A DNA stretch of 64,000 nucleotides from Lepidodermella squamata (Eukaryota; Animalia; Gastrotricha), in the NCBI GenBank assembly GCA_047495785.1, contig JBLDXI010000001.1, positions 434,001 through 498,000 on the forward strand, given 5' to 3'. Position numbers and translations under genes: made by a program. Below are positions 53,535 to 64,000 of the stretch, piece after piece; the first letter of the stretch is position 1, and each line of letters starts with the position of its first letter. The notes below the pieces were generated by a model. The model saw only the letters and a program-made list of their open reading frames with translations. It did no database searches and was not told the DNA's origin.

Positions 53535-54632
53535 TCAACAATCTGAGCGGCCAGGTTTGCATAACCACGGCGGGACGAAAAGGTTCGGCTTAGTTTTGAA
53601 TGGTTTCTGCTTCATTTTGATAACCCTGACGGGTGAGTCATAGTAGTCATTTTCTGGGATCCACATCGATGTCGTGGATGTAGTCGGTTGAGTGGTAGTC
53701 ATCTCCGCCATCATCATATGCCGGCGATAAGCGGATGGTTCGGGGTAGAATCTACTTTCTGCAGCGATTTTATCTTCGGACTTGAAGCGTCGCACGATCT
53801 GCATGTCCTTGTTTTCCATTATAACGACCTCGCCGTTTGTTTCATCGGGCGTTTCGTCTATTGGCCCACTGCTCCGGTCTGCGCCAATCAATGAGACTTG
53901 CCCGGTGGCAGCAGATCTGTCGCGCTGCATCTCAGATGGCTCGTAGAAAACTTTACCCGATATCGACTCGCCATCGATTTTAATGTTGCCAGACTCAGGC
54001 TCGTCCCTTCGCGAAATCCAATAGGTAGGCTGGTAATCAACCGGCCGATTTACGATGCGAGTTGCTGCTGCTGGCTGATCGGCCATCATCATTTCGTAAG
54101 GGTTCATTCGCATGGCGTTTTGCTCGGCCATCAACTTCTGGCGGATGTATTGGTTGTAGTCGATTGTTGTAGTTGGCAAGGGTTCGCCTGCTCGCTCCAT
54201 CACGAACATGGCCGGCTTAGCTTGCCATGGTTGCTTCAAAGCTGGCCAAGTACGCCAATTCTTAGAAATCTCTAAGCCAGGGCCGTTGGGATACAGATTG
54301 CCAGTATGTGGGCTGAAATGGACCTAAAAACAAAGAAATTAGAGGCAATGAGATATCAACTGGATCCTTACTTTTTTGCCGGATAGTTCGATCTTCATTT
54401 TACACCTATAAATAAAAAGACGATTGTTAGCAATATCTCATAACGACGAGTCCAAGATTCCAAACCTGTGCTGTTCCGGCGTGTTCCAATAATCAGAGCA
54501 GACATATTTTGGCGGCTGGCGGTAGTAACCAGGTGGGACAATGACCAGTTTCTCTTGGTTAATCGATGGCGGGCACGAGAGGGCATTACCAGCCAAGATG
54601 GTGACAACAATGGAAATTGAAACAAATTTCAT
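53535..54632 (-). CDS. Secreted PPGY-family protein A (unknown function)
   Basis: Signal peptide MKFVSISIVVTILAGNALS; three exons; VPPGYYRQPPKYVC..RCKMKIELSGKKVHFSPHTGNLYPNGPG; ends PPWLCKPGRSDC*. Confidence 0.8.
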
Positions 54633-54710
54633 TTTTAAACATAAACAAATTGTTCTAAATACAAGATTGAGAAAAATCAAGCAACAAAAACTATTACTGG
54701 CAATATCTTT

Positions 54711-55559
54711 CTAATCACTCTGCGTGATTATGCGACCGTTATTGGTTTTAGACTTCGATATAATTCGCCATTTTGCTGTAGTCCGCCTGCTGTTCACAGG
54801 CCGGCTTGTAACCACAGCGAAGTTACTCCGATCTGCAATATCAGCCTTGTTATGGGCACCAAGAAACGTCCATCTACTACCAGCTGCAGCTCGATCATCC
54901 CAAGAGACATGCCGGTCAGAATGAGCTAAACTGGAGCTATCTACGTAGTCGTAGTAGGCGGGACTTTTCGACCCTCCGGGTTTAACCGACCAGATCGCAC
55001 CCCCAGCAGCTCGACCCGGTTGTACCTGATCGGCATTGGGGCCTCGGTTCCAACGTGACTGCATGTCTAGATTCGCAAGACGAACCAAGTCCTGTTCGGC
55101 TTTCTGCCGTTCATTCATCTCTTCAAGGTAGAGCTGCTGTGGTTGCTTTTCAGCGGGCCAAACTTTCCAAGATTTGGAAATCTGAAATAAACCGTCAACA
55201 ATTGATCTAGAGAAAATCATCAAAAACAAACCTCAACACCTCGGTTGTATGAGAACTGCTCTCCAGTTTTCGGGTTGAAATGAATACGCTTTGGTGCATA
55301 TCTCGGGTCAGTTCGGCATCTTTAATTCGAGTTACAACAGAGATCAAATAATTGTGAGAGAATTAAATGGCTTTTACATTGTCACGTTGTTCTCGTTCAA
55401 AGCACAAACAGGCACTGCAGGTTGCGCCAGATAACCGGGTGGAATAATCGTTATTCCTCGATCCATGCTGAAACATGGTTCCGCAGGCGATGAAAGAACA
55501 ACTGTAAAAAAGAGACAGAGAAATGAATTTCTCCGCGAAATTTTGCCAAATCCTGCCAT
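54711..55559 (-). CDS. Secreted PPGY-family protein B
   Basis: Signal peptide; three exons; SMDRGITIIPPGYLAQPAVPVC..NNVTICRTDPRYAPKRIHFNPKTGE..ISKSWKVWPA. Confidence 0.8.
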
Positions 55560-55993
55560 GATCTCTGAATGTACTGCGTTACTTTGCTCAGCTAAACAGT
55601 TGTTTGTTTCGGCCAGAAATTGGGCTCAAAAGACTCAATCTGGCGCGCGTCACGTGTTGCAGTCTTACATCTCCGGAACTTTTTTGACCTCTCTTCGTGT
55701 ACAGGACGCGTCTTATGAAATTCCATTAAATTTCGATTCATTCAGACGAGAGGCCATGAAATTTGAGAGTTAAAGGTTTGGAGAATATAATTCCCAAGTT
55801 TTAGCTTCGAGTTCAAGATAAGTTGGGACTAAACGGTTAATCAGTCTTTGTTTTCTTATCTCAAGATTCATAATTTCAAACAAGTGTTCTAAAGAACTGG
55901 AATCGCTGTATTTTTATTCCCAGCTATACAACATTCACATAGATTTCACAAACATCTTTGCCGTAATAATGAATAGACAAACATGAATTTTTC

Positions 55994-56870
55994 TTAGCAA
56001 ATTCCGCCCATGCATAGCCAAGGAGGGTCGACTCGATTCGAAGGCATAGTTATTGTCCAAGGTCTTTCAACTTGAAGCGCTGTTGGCCAGGGATTTTCGA
56101 TTATTCGATTGGCAACAACTTCACCAGGCCGGACACGTTTCACCAAACTAAGATCATCGCCTTGAACCACGACAGTTTCGCCATTAGTCAGCAACCTCTC
56201 ATCAGCAATTCCAGGTGGGAAAATTGAAGCTGTCATGGTGTTGACCATCGGCGCCGTGTATTGCGGCTGGTCTGCCATGAGTCGTTGGGTCAATTCTGGC
56301 ATCGGAATTATACGCTGATTCTCAATTTCGGCCGCCAGCCTCTGATTGAGCAGCTGGTCAACTTCTGGTGCGACAACAGGCACTTGACTGACTTGGCTGG
56401 TCGGGACGGGGAGGTAGCTTGGAACTGACTGTTGCATGACCACTTTGACCGGAGATGTCTCGACGCCAGGTATTGGGGCTTGAATAGCTGCAGGCCAGGC
56501 GCTGCGCGGAGGCTGGATGAACCGACCCGGTCCCAAGGGGTAGGATTTGCCTGTAGTAGGATTGAAATGAACCTTCTTTCGAGAAACCTCCAGCTCTGGT
56601 CGACACCTGGAAACAATTAAATTTCAAATTCAAGTAATTTTATGAAAAGAGTAAAACTAGCCCAGAAAAGTGCGGATTAGCAGCACTGGCAAAGTTGTCA
56701 CACAGGTAACGCGGTGGCTGGTAGTGGTAACCAGGTGGAAGGGCCATGAATTCATAGCGATCTTTGACCGTATCGACATTTTTACGATTCCACGGCCATT
56801 CAAAGCCGACGTTAACCGTGAAAACGGCGGCGGATAAGAATGTAAACAGCAACAAATGAGTATTCCACAT
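55994..56870 (-). CDS. Secreted PPGY-family protein C
   Basis: Signal peptide MWNTHLLLFTFLSAAVFTVNVG; LPPGYHYQPPRYLC..GCRPELEVSRKKVHFNPTTGKSYPLGPG; ends PPWLCMGGIC*. Requires a GC-AG intron at 56661-56607. Confidence 0.78.
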
Positions 56871-57043
56871 TTCAGTTACGAAAACTTGAACGTGATGAAA
56901 TTGATGCTACTTTCACAACAAACCCTATAATACTTTGACTTGTGTAGCAACACAAATTGCGCAACAGATAGCGGCCAAAAATCCACTTCTTCCGAAATTT
57001 CATAAAAATATTGCGAAATTCATTCAATTTCATTTGCAATAAT

Positions 57044-57906
57044 ATGTTTGCCTGCGGAGCCATTTTTGTTATAGGTTGCCTCTTCTCGATATGCGAGAGC
57101 CGTTCGAGTATGGATCGCGATGCCGAAGTGGTTCCACCTGGTTACTTCCGAGAACCTTCTGAACTTATTTGCTCGCCAGATCAAAACAACGTTACAATGT
57201 ATCTTGCGTTACTTTCTACTTGAACAATTGTTCACCATGTTCTATTTTTAAAGCTGCCGTAGTGAGCCCCGCTACACCAAAGATCGGATTCATTTCAACC
57301 CGATTACCGGTGAAAAATACACGAAAAGTCCAGGTGCCAAGGTGAGTCTAGCTAGGACAATGAAAACGGCAAATGATTTAAAATTTTTAGTTGAAAAATA
57401 ATTGGCCCGTAATACCGACCATGATTCAGAGCGGACCTGCCAGAATTGTTCCCGCTTTTCATCAACCAAAGATACCGTTTGACGACGAAGCTACCATGGC
57501 CGCACTCGCGGTTATGGGCGTTCAGTCTTTGCGCCAACAACAACCGGATTTTTCGGAAAACAAGCAGTCTGAAAGTGCTGATTCTTTGAATTTGTCGCCA
57601 AATGAAACTGATGAAGATGGCCGCGAGCAGTCTCGCAAATTCTACAGAACTTGGTTCGTGATGAACCAGCCGCACGCTACTCATCCCATATTTCCGAGAC
57701 CGATCTTCGTCCGGCCAGTGCCAGCAGTTTTTGAAGCTGAAAATCATGAAATTCTTGAACCTGCTCAGCGAGACGGTGTAAGTTCAGAAAAGTCAACCGA
57801 CACCCTTGAATCGTCTTTGGAAACTACGACGACTCCGATTCGAACATCCACATCAGATGACTTCGAAGACGAATACGTTCTGGAGAAACGACCCATTCTG
57901 CTCTAA
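57044..57906 (+). CDS. Secreted PPGY-family protein D
   Basis: Signal peptide MFACGAIFVIGCLFSICES; three exons; SMDRDAEVVPPGYFREPSELIC..NNVTICRSEPRYTKDRIHFNPITGEKYTKSPG. Confidence 0.8.
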
Positions 57907-59756
57907 ATTTATTGCTAGAATAATTGCTAAATAAAATAAAACCGATTTCTCTTTTGAATTTATTTCTCGATAAATTATTAGGCCAAAGAAATGCAGACAA
58001 CTGTATTTTCGAACAGAAATTACAGGTATGCTGAGGTTTCTTATTAGGCGGTTTGAGTGCTCATCGGCCTGATGTCGCTGTCAAATAGTTTCCTGATACA
58101 CGTATCGGGGCTGATGATTTTGGTGTTTGCCCAGCGAGGTCTGTCGATTGCGCAATGCCGTCATGTCAGCTCGCACTCGTCTGCCAGCATTCAAGTGGAG
58201 GCGCACGCGGCAACTTGCAAGGTTTGTAATTAACTCATTACTGCCGCAATATACAGGTGTAATTAAACCTGTGCTAATTAGCCGCTGCCCATATGGACTC
58301 AACTGTTTTATCGCCGCGGCTTATCTTCGCTTGGCCGCTGGCTTTCGGCGTGACTGGAGCGCGAAAAAATCGCCGCCTGTGTCACCTGCGCCGCGCTCCC
58401 TCGCCGCCACCGCAGCCGCAAATATTTTGACCGCGCGGCGATAAATAAGTCGGTAGCCGCCGCGGCAATAAACACCCGCGAAGACTGCAACTCACTTGCT
58501 TTATCTAGAGAAGGCGTTTACGCGTTTAATAAATAGCAAGGGAGCACTTTCAAGTGGCATCGTCGCTAAAACCGCAGCGTGCTATTTATAACGCTTAGCG
58601 ACTTATTTTTCTGCAATGATTTATAGGTCAAACGAGGCAGCGGCGGCGCGCGAGGATGCGCAAATTCTTGACGGGGTTATCTACTCGATAATGCCCGCTG
58701 GAGTGGTTTAAGCGCGGGCTCGTATCCTTTTCTCCATTATTTATCGCTACCTATTGTCTGCCCGGCGGCGATGAAAGACAGCGTGCGCTTTATGACACCT
58801 TTTATTGGAGTAGTCGACCAGTAGTATAGTAGGTATAGCAGGTAGTTAGAGTGGCGGTGATGCAAGGCGACACAAAGTGGCGATCATTCGTGGCCGCGTA
58901 CGGATGATAATAAGTTGAGCAGGCGCAGCGATGAGAGACAAAACGCTTGTATACTATTTACACACCTTTGTCGCTTCTGTTACAAGACAACCAGCCGCCT
59001 CGACACCAGCAGCAACAATGGCGCGCGCGGCTTCTTGTCTCGAGAGCGGTGGCCAACCGCCGAAAATCACGTTCCAGCGCCAGGGCACTGCGCGGCTATG
59101 CGAGCGCGCGCCGAAAAACTGCGCAGCGATTTTTGCAGCGGCGTTACCGAATCTTAGAACGTGACGATTTCACGCACACGCTCAGGCCATAATAATAAAC
59201 AAAAATCGCGCGAGATTATTGCTCGTTACAGCGGCGTTGCGGGCAATAAGGGCGACATCGCACCTGTCAGTCATCTCTCGCATCGCGGGTGCCAGCGTGG
59301 AACTGCCAGCAGCCAGCCTGAGATGCCTAATCGGTTTACATCTTACACTACGCGCAATGTTAGCTCGAGGATGCCAGCGCTCGATATTGTCACTACCACC
59401 ATCACCACCACCAGATGCGCTTTCGCATTCCTCAATCGTCGTGAAGCTTCTGTGGTATTTATCGTCTATCATCCGGGATCCGCCCGGTGCCAGTGCGCTA
59501 GAGCAAACAACAAATGGCCGTGTTATGAGTATCATTGCACGATGCGATTCTGTCGACGAATAAACAATCGCCTCACCTTGAAATACCTGGACTCGTCGAC
59601 GAAAATCTCGCACCCACCACCGGAAATTGTATTTTTTAACATTTTCTTGAAAACACCGCTCATCAACGGGTTCAAAAATATGCGTTTTTTTCATGCGATC
59701 TAGTCAATTTTATAAAATGATGTGTCGAATGTTACGGTGGCTGAATCGATAGTATT

Positions 59757-62203
59757 ATGCAGCTGAATAACATTATCAGATTTCGTCGGAAATCGGAGGT
59801 CGTTGGTTTGGCTGTGCTTAACGCTCTTCTTTTCCTGGCAATAGTTCCACCAGCAGTAGCTTCTTTCAAATCATCATATATCCCAAGCATCAAAATCGAC
59901 ACCGAATTTTTATCAAGAAGCAGATCGGAGAATTCAACTTCAACTCCTTTAGTGACTAAAGCCGAGAGCGACTTCTCTATAGGAACCACCACTGATGCTT
60001 CTCAAGGTAAGGAAATGCAATTGCATTAAAGCTTTCAGAGCCAATTTTTTTATTTGCTACAGAATTCTCCTCGGGGGATGGCATTAAGGAAATGGCTACT
60101 ACAACCGAGGTTGCAACAGCAGCGAGATCGATAGATTATATTACTACTAGCAAACCCTCGAGGTCACTGGAATCTCCAGATGGCCCAATGTCTTCCCGAT
60201 CACCCTACTTTGAGGTATTCGAACCCGAAGCCGACGAGCAGCTACTTTCTATACCAGAGGCAGGCGACGAGTATTTCATCGCAGAGATAACTAGTTTATC
60301 TTCAAATGGGACATTGGTGCTTAATCTGACGTCATCATCACCGAGCGCTGTGTCTTTACTAAGCAGCTCTTCATCATCGTCTTCGTCTGTTGGAACGCAG
60401 GCTTTGACACAGCAAGCTTCGACTACAACAACGACGGCAAAGACGCCGTCTGAGCAGCCGGCGATGAAACCTTGCCTCGAAATCGACGGCAGGCAATACC
60501 CTATCAAATCGCTGTTGGAAACAACGCCGCTTCATTTTCGCAAAAGCAGCACGACAGCGCCGTTGTCGAACAAGCGCGGCGATGACGGATTCATCGACAT
60601 TAGGGTCGAGCCTACTGGCGCTGACCTTTGCAGAAAGATCGCCGTGGAAGAAATTGAAAGATATTCCGCTATGTTTGCCAGCAATAATCATGGATTACCA
60701 ACCGGATCGTGCAAAGGCCCAAAAGGCGACAAGGGCGAGCCATCTATGATTACATTTACGATAGGCATGCCAGGTAACTGATTAATTTTCTCCTGATTAA
60801 GGGTTCAAAGCTATTTATTGTAATTTATAGGTCCCAAAGGCGATAAAGGCGATTCTGTACCAGTTTCGCATCACTCTCATGGCCTCAGAATGAAGGGTGA
60901 CAAGGGTGATCAGGGCCCACCTGGTCCCCCTGGACCTCCAGGGCCCAGTGGGCGACCTAGTAATTTTTTTCCGGGCCCTGCTATTGCTTCAAGCTTCGCC
61001 AGTCGGAAAGTTACGTTTGAAAGCCAACAACAAGATCAAGCAAGCCGGCCAAGCCCAATCAGTCAAGGCGGCACTGTCATTTTTCAGAGAAAATCCGATC
61101 TTCACGCCACATCCGACCGCTATGAAGCTGGCACCCTGGGATTTATTCTCGACGAGCAGTCGCTTATGATCAAAATTGATGCGAAAACATGGCGAAGTGT
61201 GTTGCTTGGAGCGCGGGAGTACGTTTCACAGTACGGCGAGGATGATAGCGAAAAATTGAAACCCGTGCCGTCAGCTGCTTATCTGAGGATGAAGACCAGC
61301 CACCGTGTCGGCGGCGCCATGCCGGTAATAGCAGACCGACAAATCGTGCTTCCTAAGCCCTTGCAATACCCACCTGTCATCAGCTCGCCCCGATTGCATT
61401 TGATCGCCGTTGATTCCCCAGTTTCAGGGCAACTCGGCGGAGTTTCGCACTACGACACCTTGTGCGACCGAGAGGCAAAGCGCCTGGGTGTTGCCGGGTC
61501 TTATCAGGCATTCATGTCCTCGCATTTCGTCGCTCTCGAGTCGCTCGTTAACTTCCACCACGATCTCAGCGTGCCTATTGTCAACTTGAAAAATCAGAAA
61601 CTTTTCAACAATTGGTACGAGCTGTTCAACGGAAAAGGCGGCTTACTACCACGATTCGACGACAACAGGCAATACCCAGAAACAATTTTCAGTTTCAGCG
61701 GGTATGACGTGTTTAAAAATGCTGATGGGAAGTTTAAACCTAGCGAGCGTTTCATCTGGCATGGCTCGAATTCGACTGGCAATACTGTTCATTCGTCGGA
61801 CTGTGCATCGTGGCGAAAACCTTCTGAAGACAACGCCGGGCATTTGGTAACCGGTCGGGGTAGCCCAATTGACCCTGATGAGCGAGCTATCCTAGGCCAG
61901 CGTGACTATGACTGCTCCCAAAGTGGCGTGCTGCTCTGTATTGAAGTCACCAGCCGTTACAGTTCGGCTGTGTTCGCAAAACGCCGGCCTGCGCTTCAAA
62001 AAACAGCACGAAAAATCGGCAGCGGTGAGATAGGCAAAAGACGAGGTCATCATCATAATCACAAGAAGATTTCAGGGAGACAAAAGCGGCGAAAGAATGT
62101 GCACTCATTGGAGGAGAATGTCTATTCAACTCATTCAGTTGAACTCGGCAGCAATGAAGTCACGTCGTCGACACTTCAAGCTGAGCCTAAACATTTTATA
62201 TAG
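59757..62203 (+). CDS. Multiplexin (collagen XV/XVIII family) with trimerisation and endostatin domains
   Basis: Three exons in frame; hydrophobic leader; Ser/Thr-rich region; short Gly-X-Y runs; trimerisation domain (GTLGFILDEQSLMIK..WRSVLLG); endostatin domain (LHLIA, LCDREA, YQAFMSS, PIVNLK, IWHGS, VLLCIE). Confidence 0.9.
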
Positions 62204-62699
62204 TAGACATCCCTCCGCAGTCTACCCTCCTAGTTTCATTTATAGATGATTTCTTGTCAAAAGAGCTTTTACAAAAAGCTCCCTGCTCGTGTTGAAAATA
62301 CATTCCTTGGTATAATGAACTGCTACAAGTGCCGTGAAATTCTGGAATTTCCGATCTGAGAGAAAAGTCTTTAGCCCCGCTCGATGTAAATAATATAACA
62401 CCCTTTCTGCTCTTGCTCCTTCGAAAAAGCCAAATTTTTAAAATGATAATTATAGCTAATTTTTTATATACAATTCTTCAATGGTACATGGCCTTTGATT
62501 CGTCCTTGATGATGCGAGATCTTTTATCTTCGAAATTCTAAAATCTGTATTATGTTTTGAAACTTGTATGCATATTGCTTTGATAAATATTTAGATAACA
62601 AGAGAAAAAATGTGCAAATCATATTAAAAAATAAAAATTGAAGCGCTGACTGCATTGGAAAACATTAGCCTTGGCATGAAGGGCAACTAGTACGGTTGT

Positions 62700-63164
62700 T
62701 TAATCGTAAAAACCTCGGAGTTTCATTTCGTTAACTATTCGACAGGTAAAACAGAGGGGGCAACAACAGAGCTGGAAGCCCTCCTGGCACATCGGTTGTC
62801 TGATGCCTGTTAGCGTCCTAATAGGAATTTATATTAACTTTTGCTAATATGGTTATTGTTGAAGTTTACCTGAATCGAACTGCAAGCGGCAGAAGACCGA
62901 AAACCATAGGGTAGCAAAAGCTTTCTCCTAGTTGCGAGGAAATAACGCAGGTGGTGTACGGCCACAAACAGGAAGCAGAAAGACCTAAAGCGAGTTATAA
63001 CTTAGCTTCCTTCAGCGTATTAATCGAATAGCTTTCATACATGTTGAAATGGAATGACAGCAGTCACAGAGCCCAATAGCGTAGGACTGACGAATAGCTG
63101 GAACCTGGTGTGGGAATGGATGAACACTAGGGTTCGGCTGAGAAGTGATTGCTGGAGAACTCAT
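62700..63164 (-). CDS. PLAC8/cornifelin-family Cys-rich protein 1
   Basis: Three exons by hand: MSSPAITSQP..YAIGLCDCCHSISTC|LSASCLWPYTTCVISSQLGESFCYP..VRFR|TLTGIRQPMCQEGFQLCCCPLCFTCRIVNEMKLRGFYD*. Not in the ORF track. Confidence 0.88.
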
Positions 63165-63406
63165 TATTTTCAAAGTTTTACTTTATTTCTTTTTAGTGTA
63201 TAGCTTCAGTATAAATAATTCTAAAAAATGCAATTCAGCAGTAAAGAGATAGAGGAGAGACCACGTTACAGCAGAGAGAGATCACAGGAGTAGTTTCACC
63301 GGATAGAGATATTGAGGATGGCTCTACACAACCGTCACTTGACTGACTCTATAGGCATCAAGTTGTGAAGAAGCCGAAGCTATTAAAGCAATCGTCATGT
63401 TGAGAT

Positions 63407-63876
63407 TTATTCGTAGCCGCGAAGCTTCATTTCGTTAATAAGGCGGCACAAGAAGCATAGTGTGCAGCATTGATATTGGCAGCCCTCTTCGCACATGCCT
63501 TGCTGGATGCCCGTTAACGTTCTGTCAAATTAAACACTTGCCATTCAAGTTCTCATAATTTTTAAATTGATTGGGCTAACCTAAACCTGACGGAAAGGGG
63601 CAATGCTCCTCCCGGGCAGCAACCCGGGAAGCAGCAGTTCTCACCAAGTTTAGAAGAGGCCATACAAGCCGCACAAGGGAGGCAAAACATCACCAGGCAG
63701 CCTAAGGATGGAATTTTAGAAATTAACCCATGAAATTAAGCTGCCTTACAGGTTCCGCAGGAATGCGTGCAATCACACAAGCCGACAGAGTAAGTCTGGT
63801 TCCCTGATTGATGGGTGAACGGTTGAACGGTGTTCGCGAAGCCCGCTGCTGGCTGTCTAGTTACTACGTGCGTCAT
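63407..63876 (-). CDS. PLAC8/cornifelin-family Cys-rich protein 2 (tandem paralog)
   Basis: Three exons: MTHVVTRQP..YSVGLCDCTHSCGTC|CLVMFCLPCAACMASSKLGENCCFPGCCPGG..VRFR|TLTGIQQGMCEEGCQYQCCTLCFLCRLINEMKLRGYE*. Same intron positions as its paralog. Not in the ORF track. Confidence 0.9.
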
Positions 63877-64000
63877 AATTCGCGAAAGTTATGCTCAACG
63901 ATTATGCGCCTGTGAGAATTGAGAAAAAAATCAAGCTTGTTGGCTAGTTTGCTTTCGATAAAAGAAACCTCCGCAGGCTTGTCATGCCATAAGGCAAACA

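Noticed and set aside
58127-59703. Several overlapping ORFs of 60-180 aa on both strands
   Set aside because: No domain signal or coherent splice structure; expected by chance in GC-rich DNA.

Overview
This is animal (metazoan) genomic DNA from a very compact genome: genes are dense, most introns are about 50-65 nt, and ciliary genes are present. The species cannot be fixed from sequence, though the gene content fits a small ciliated invertebrate. All gene models were spliced by eye. The left half (1-32.4 kb) is a secretory/cell-surface cluster. Two paralogous atypical cadherin-repeat membrane proteins, plus the start of a probable third at the left edge, bracket six secreted trypsin-family genes and a head-to-head pair of METTL24-like methyltransferases. 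One protease carries a fully dead domain in front of an active one, and one methyltransferase looks catalytically degenerate. The middle holds CSTF1, DNAI1, and a tightly packed same-strand trio TENT4 > TOMM7 > C15orf40-like. The right part holds a rhodopsin-class GPCR, an uncharacterised methyltransferase-fold gene with an RFX X-box, four secreted proteins sharing an unrecognised PPGY...C...C...HFxPxTG domain, a minimal multiplexin collagen, and two PLAC8/cornifelin genes. TOMM7, both PLAC8 genes and the left-edge gene are absent from the ORF track. Several MITE-like inverted repeats lie in introns and intergenic DNA. The best candidates for undescribed biology are the PPGY secreted family, the cadherin-protease-methyltransferase cluster with its enzyme/pseudo-enzyme pairs, and operon-like gene packing.
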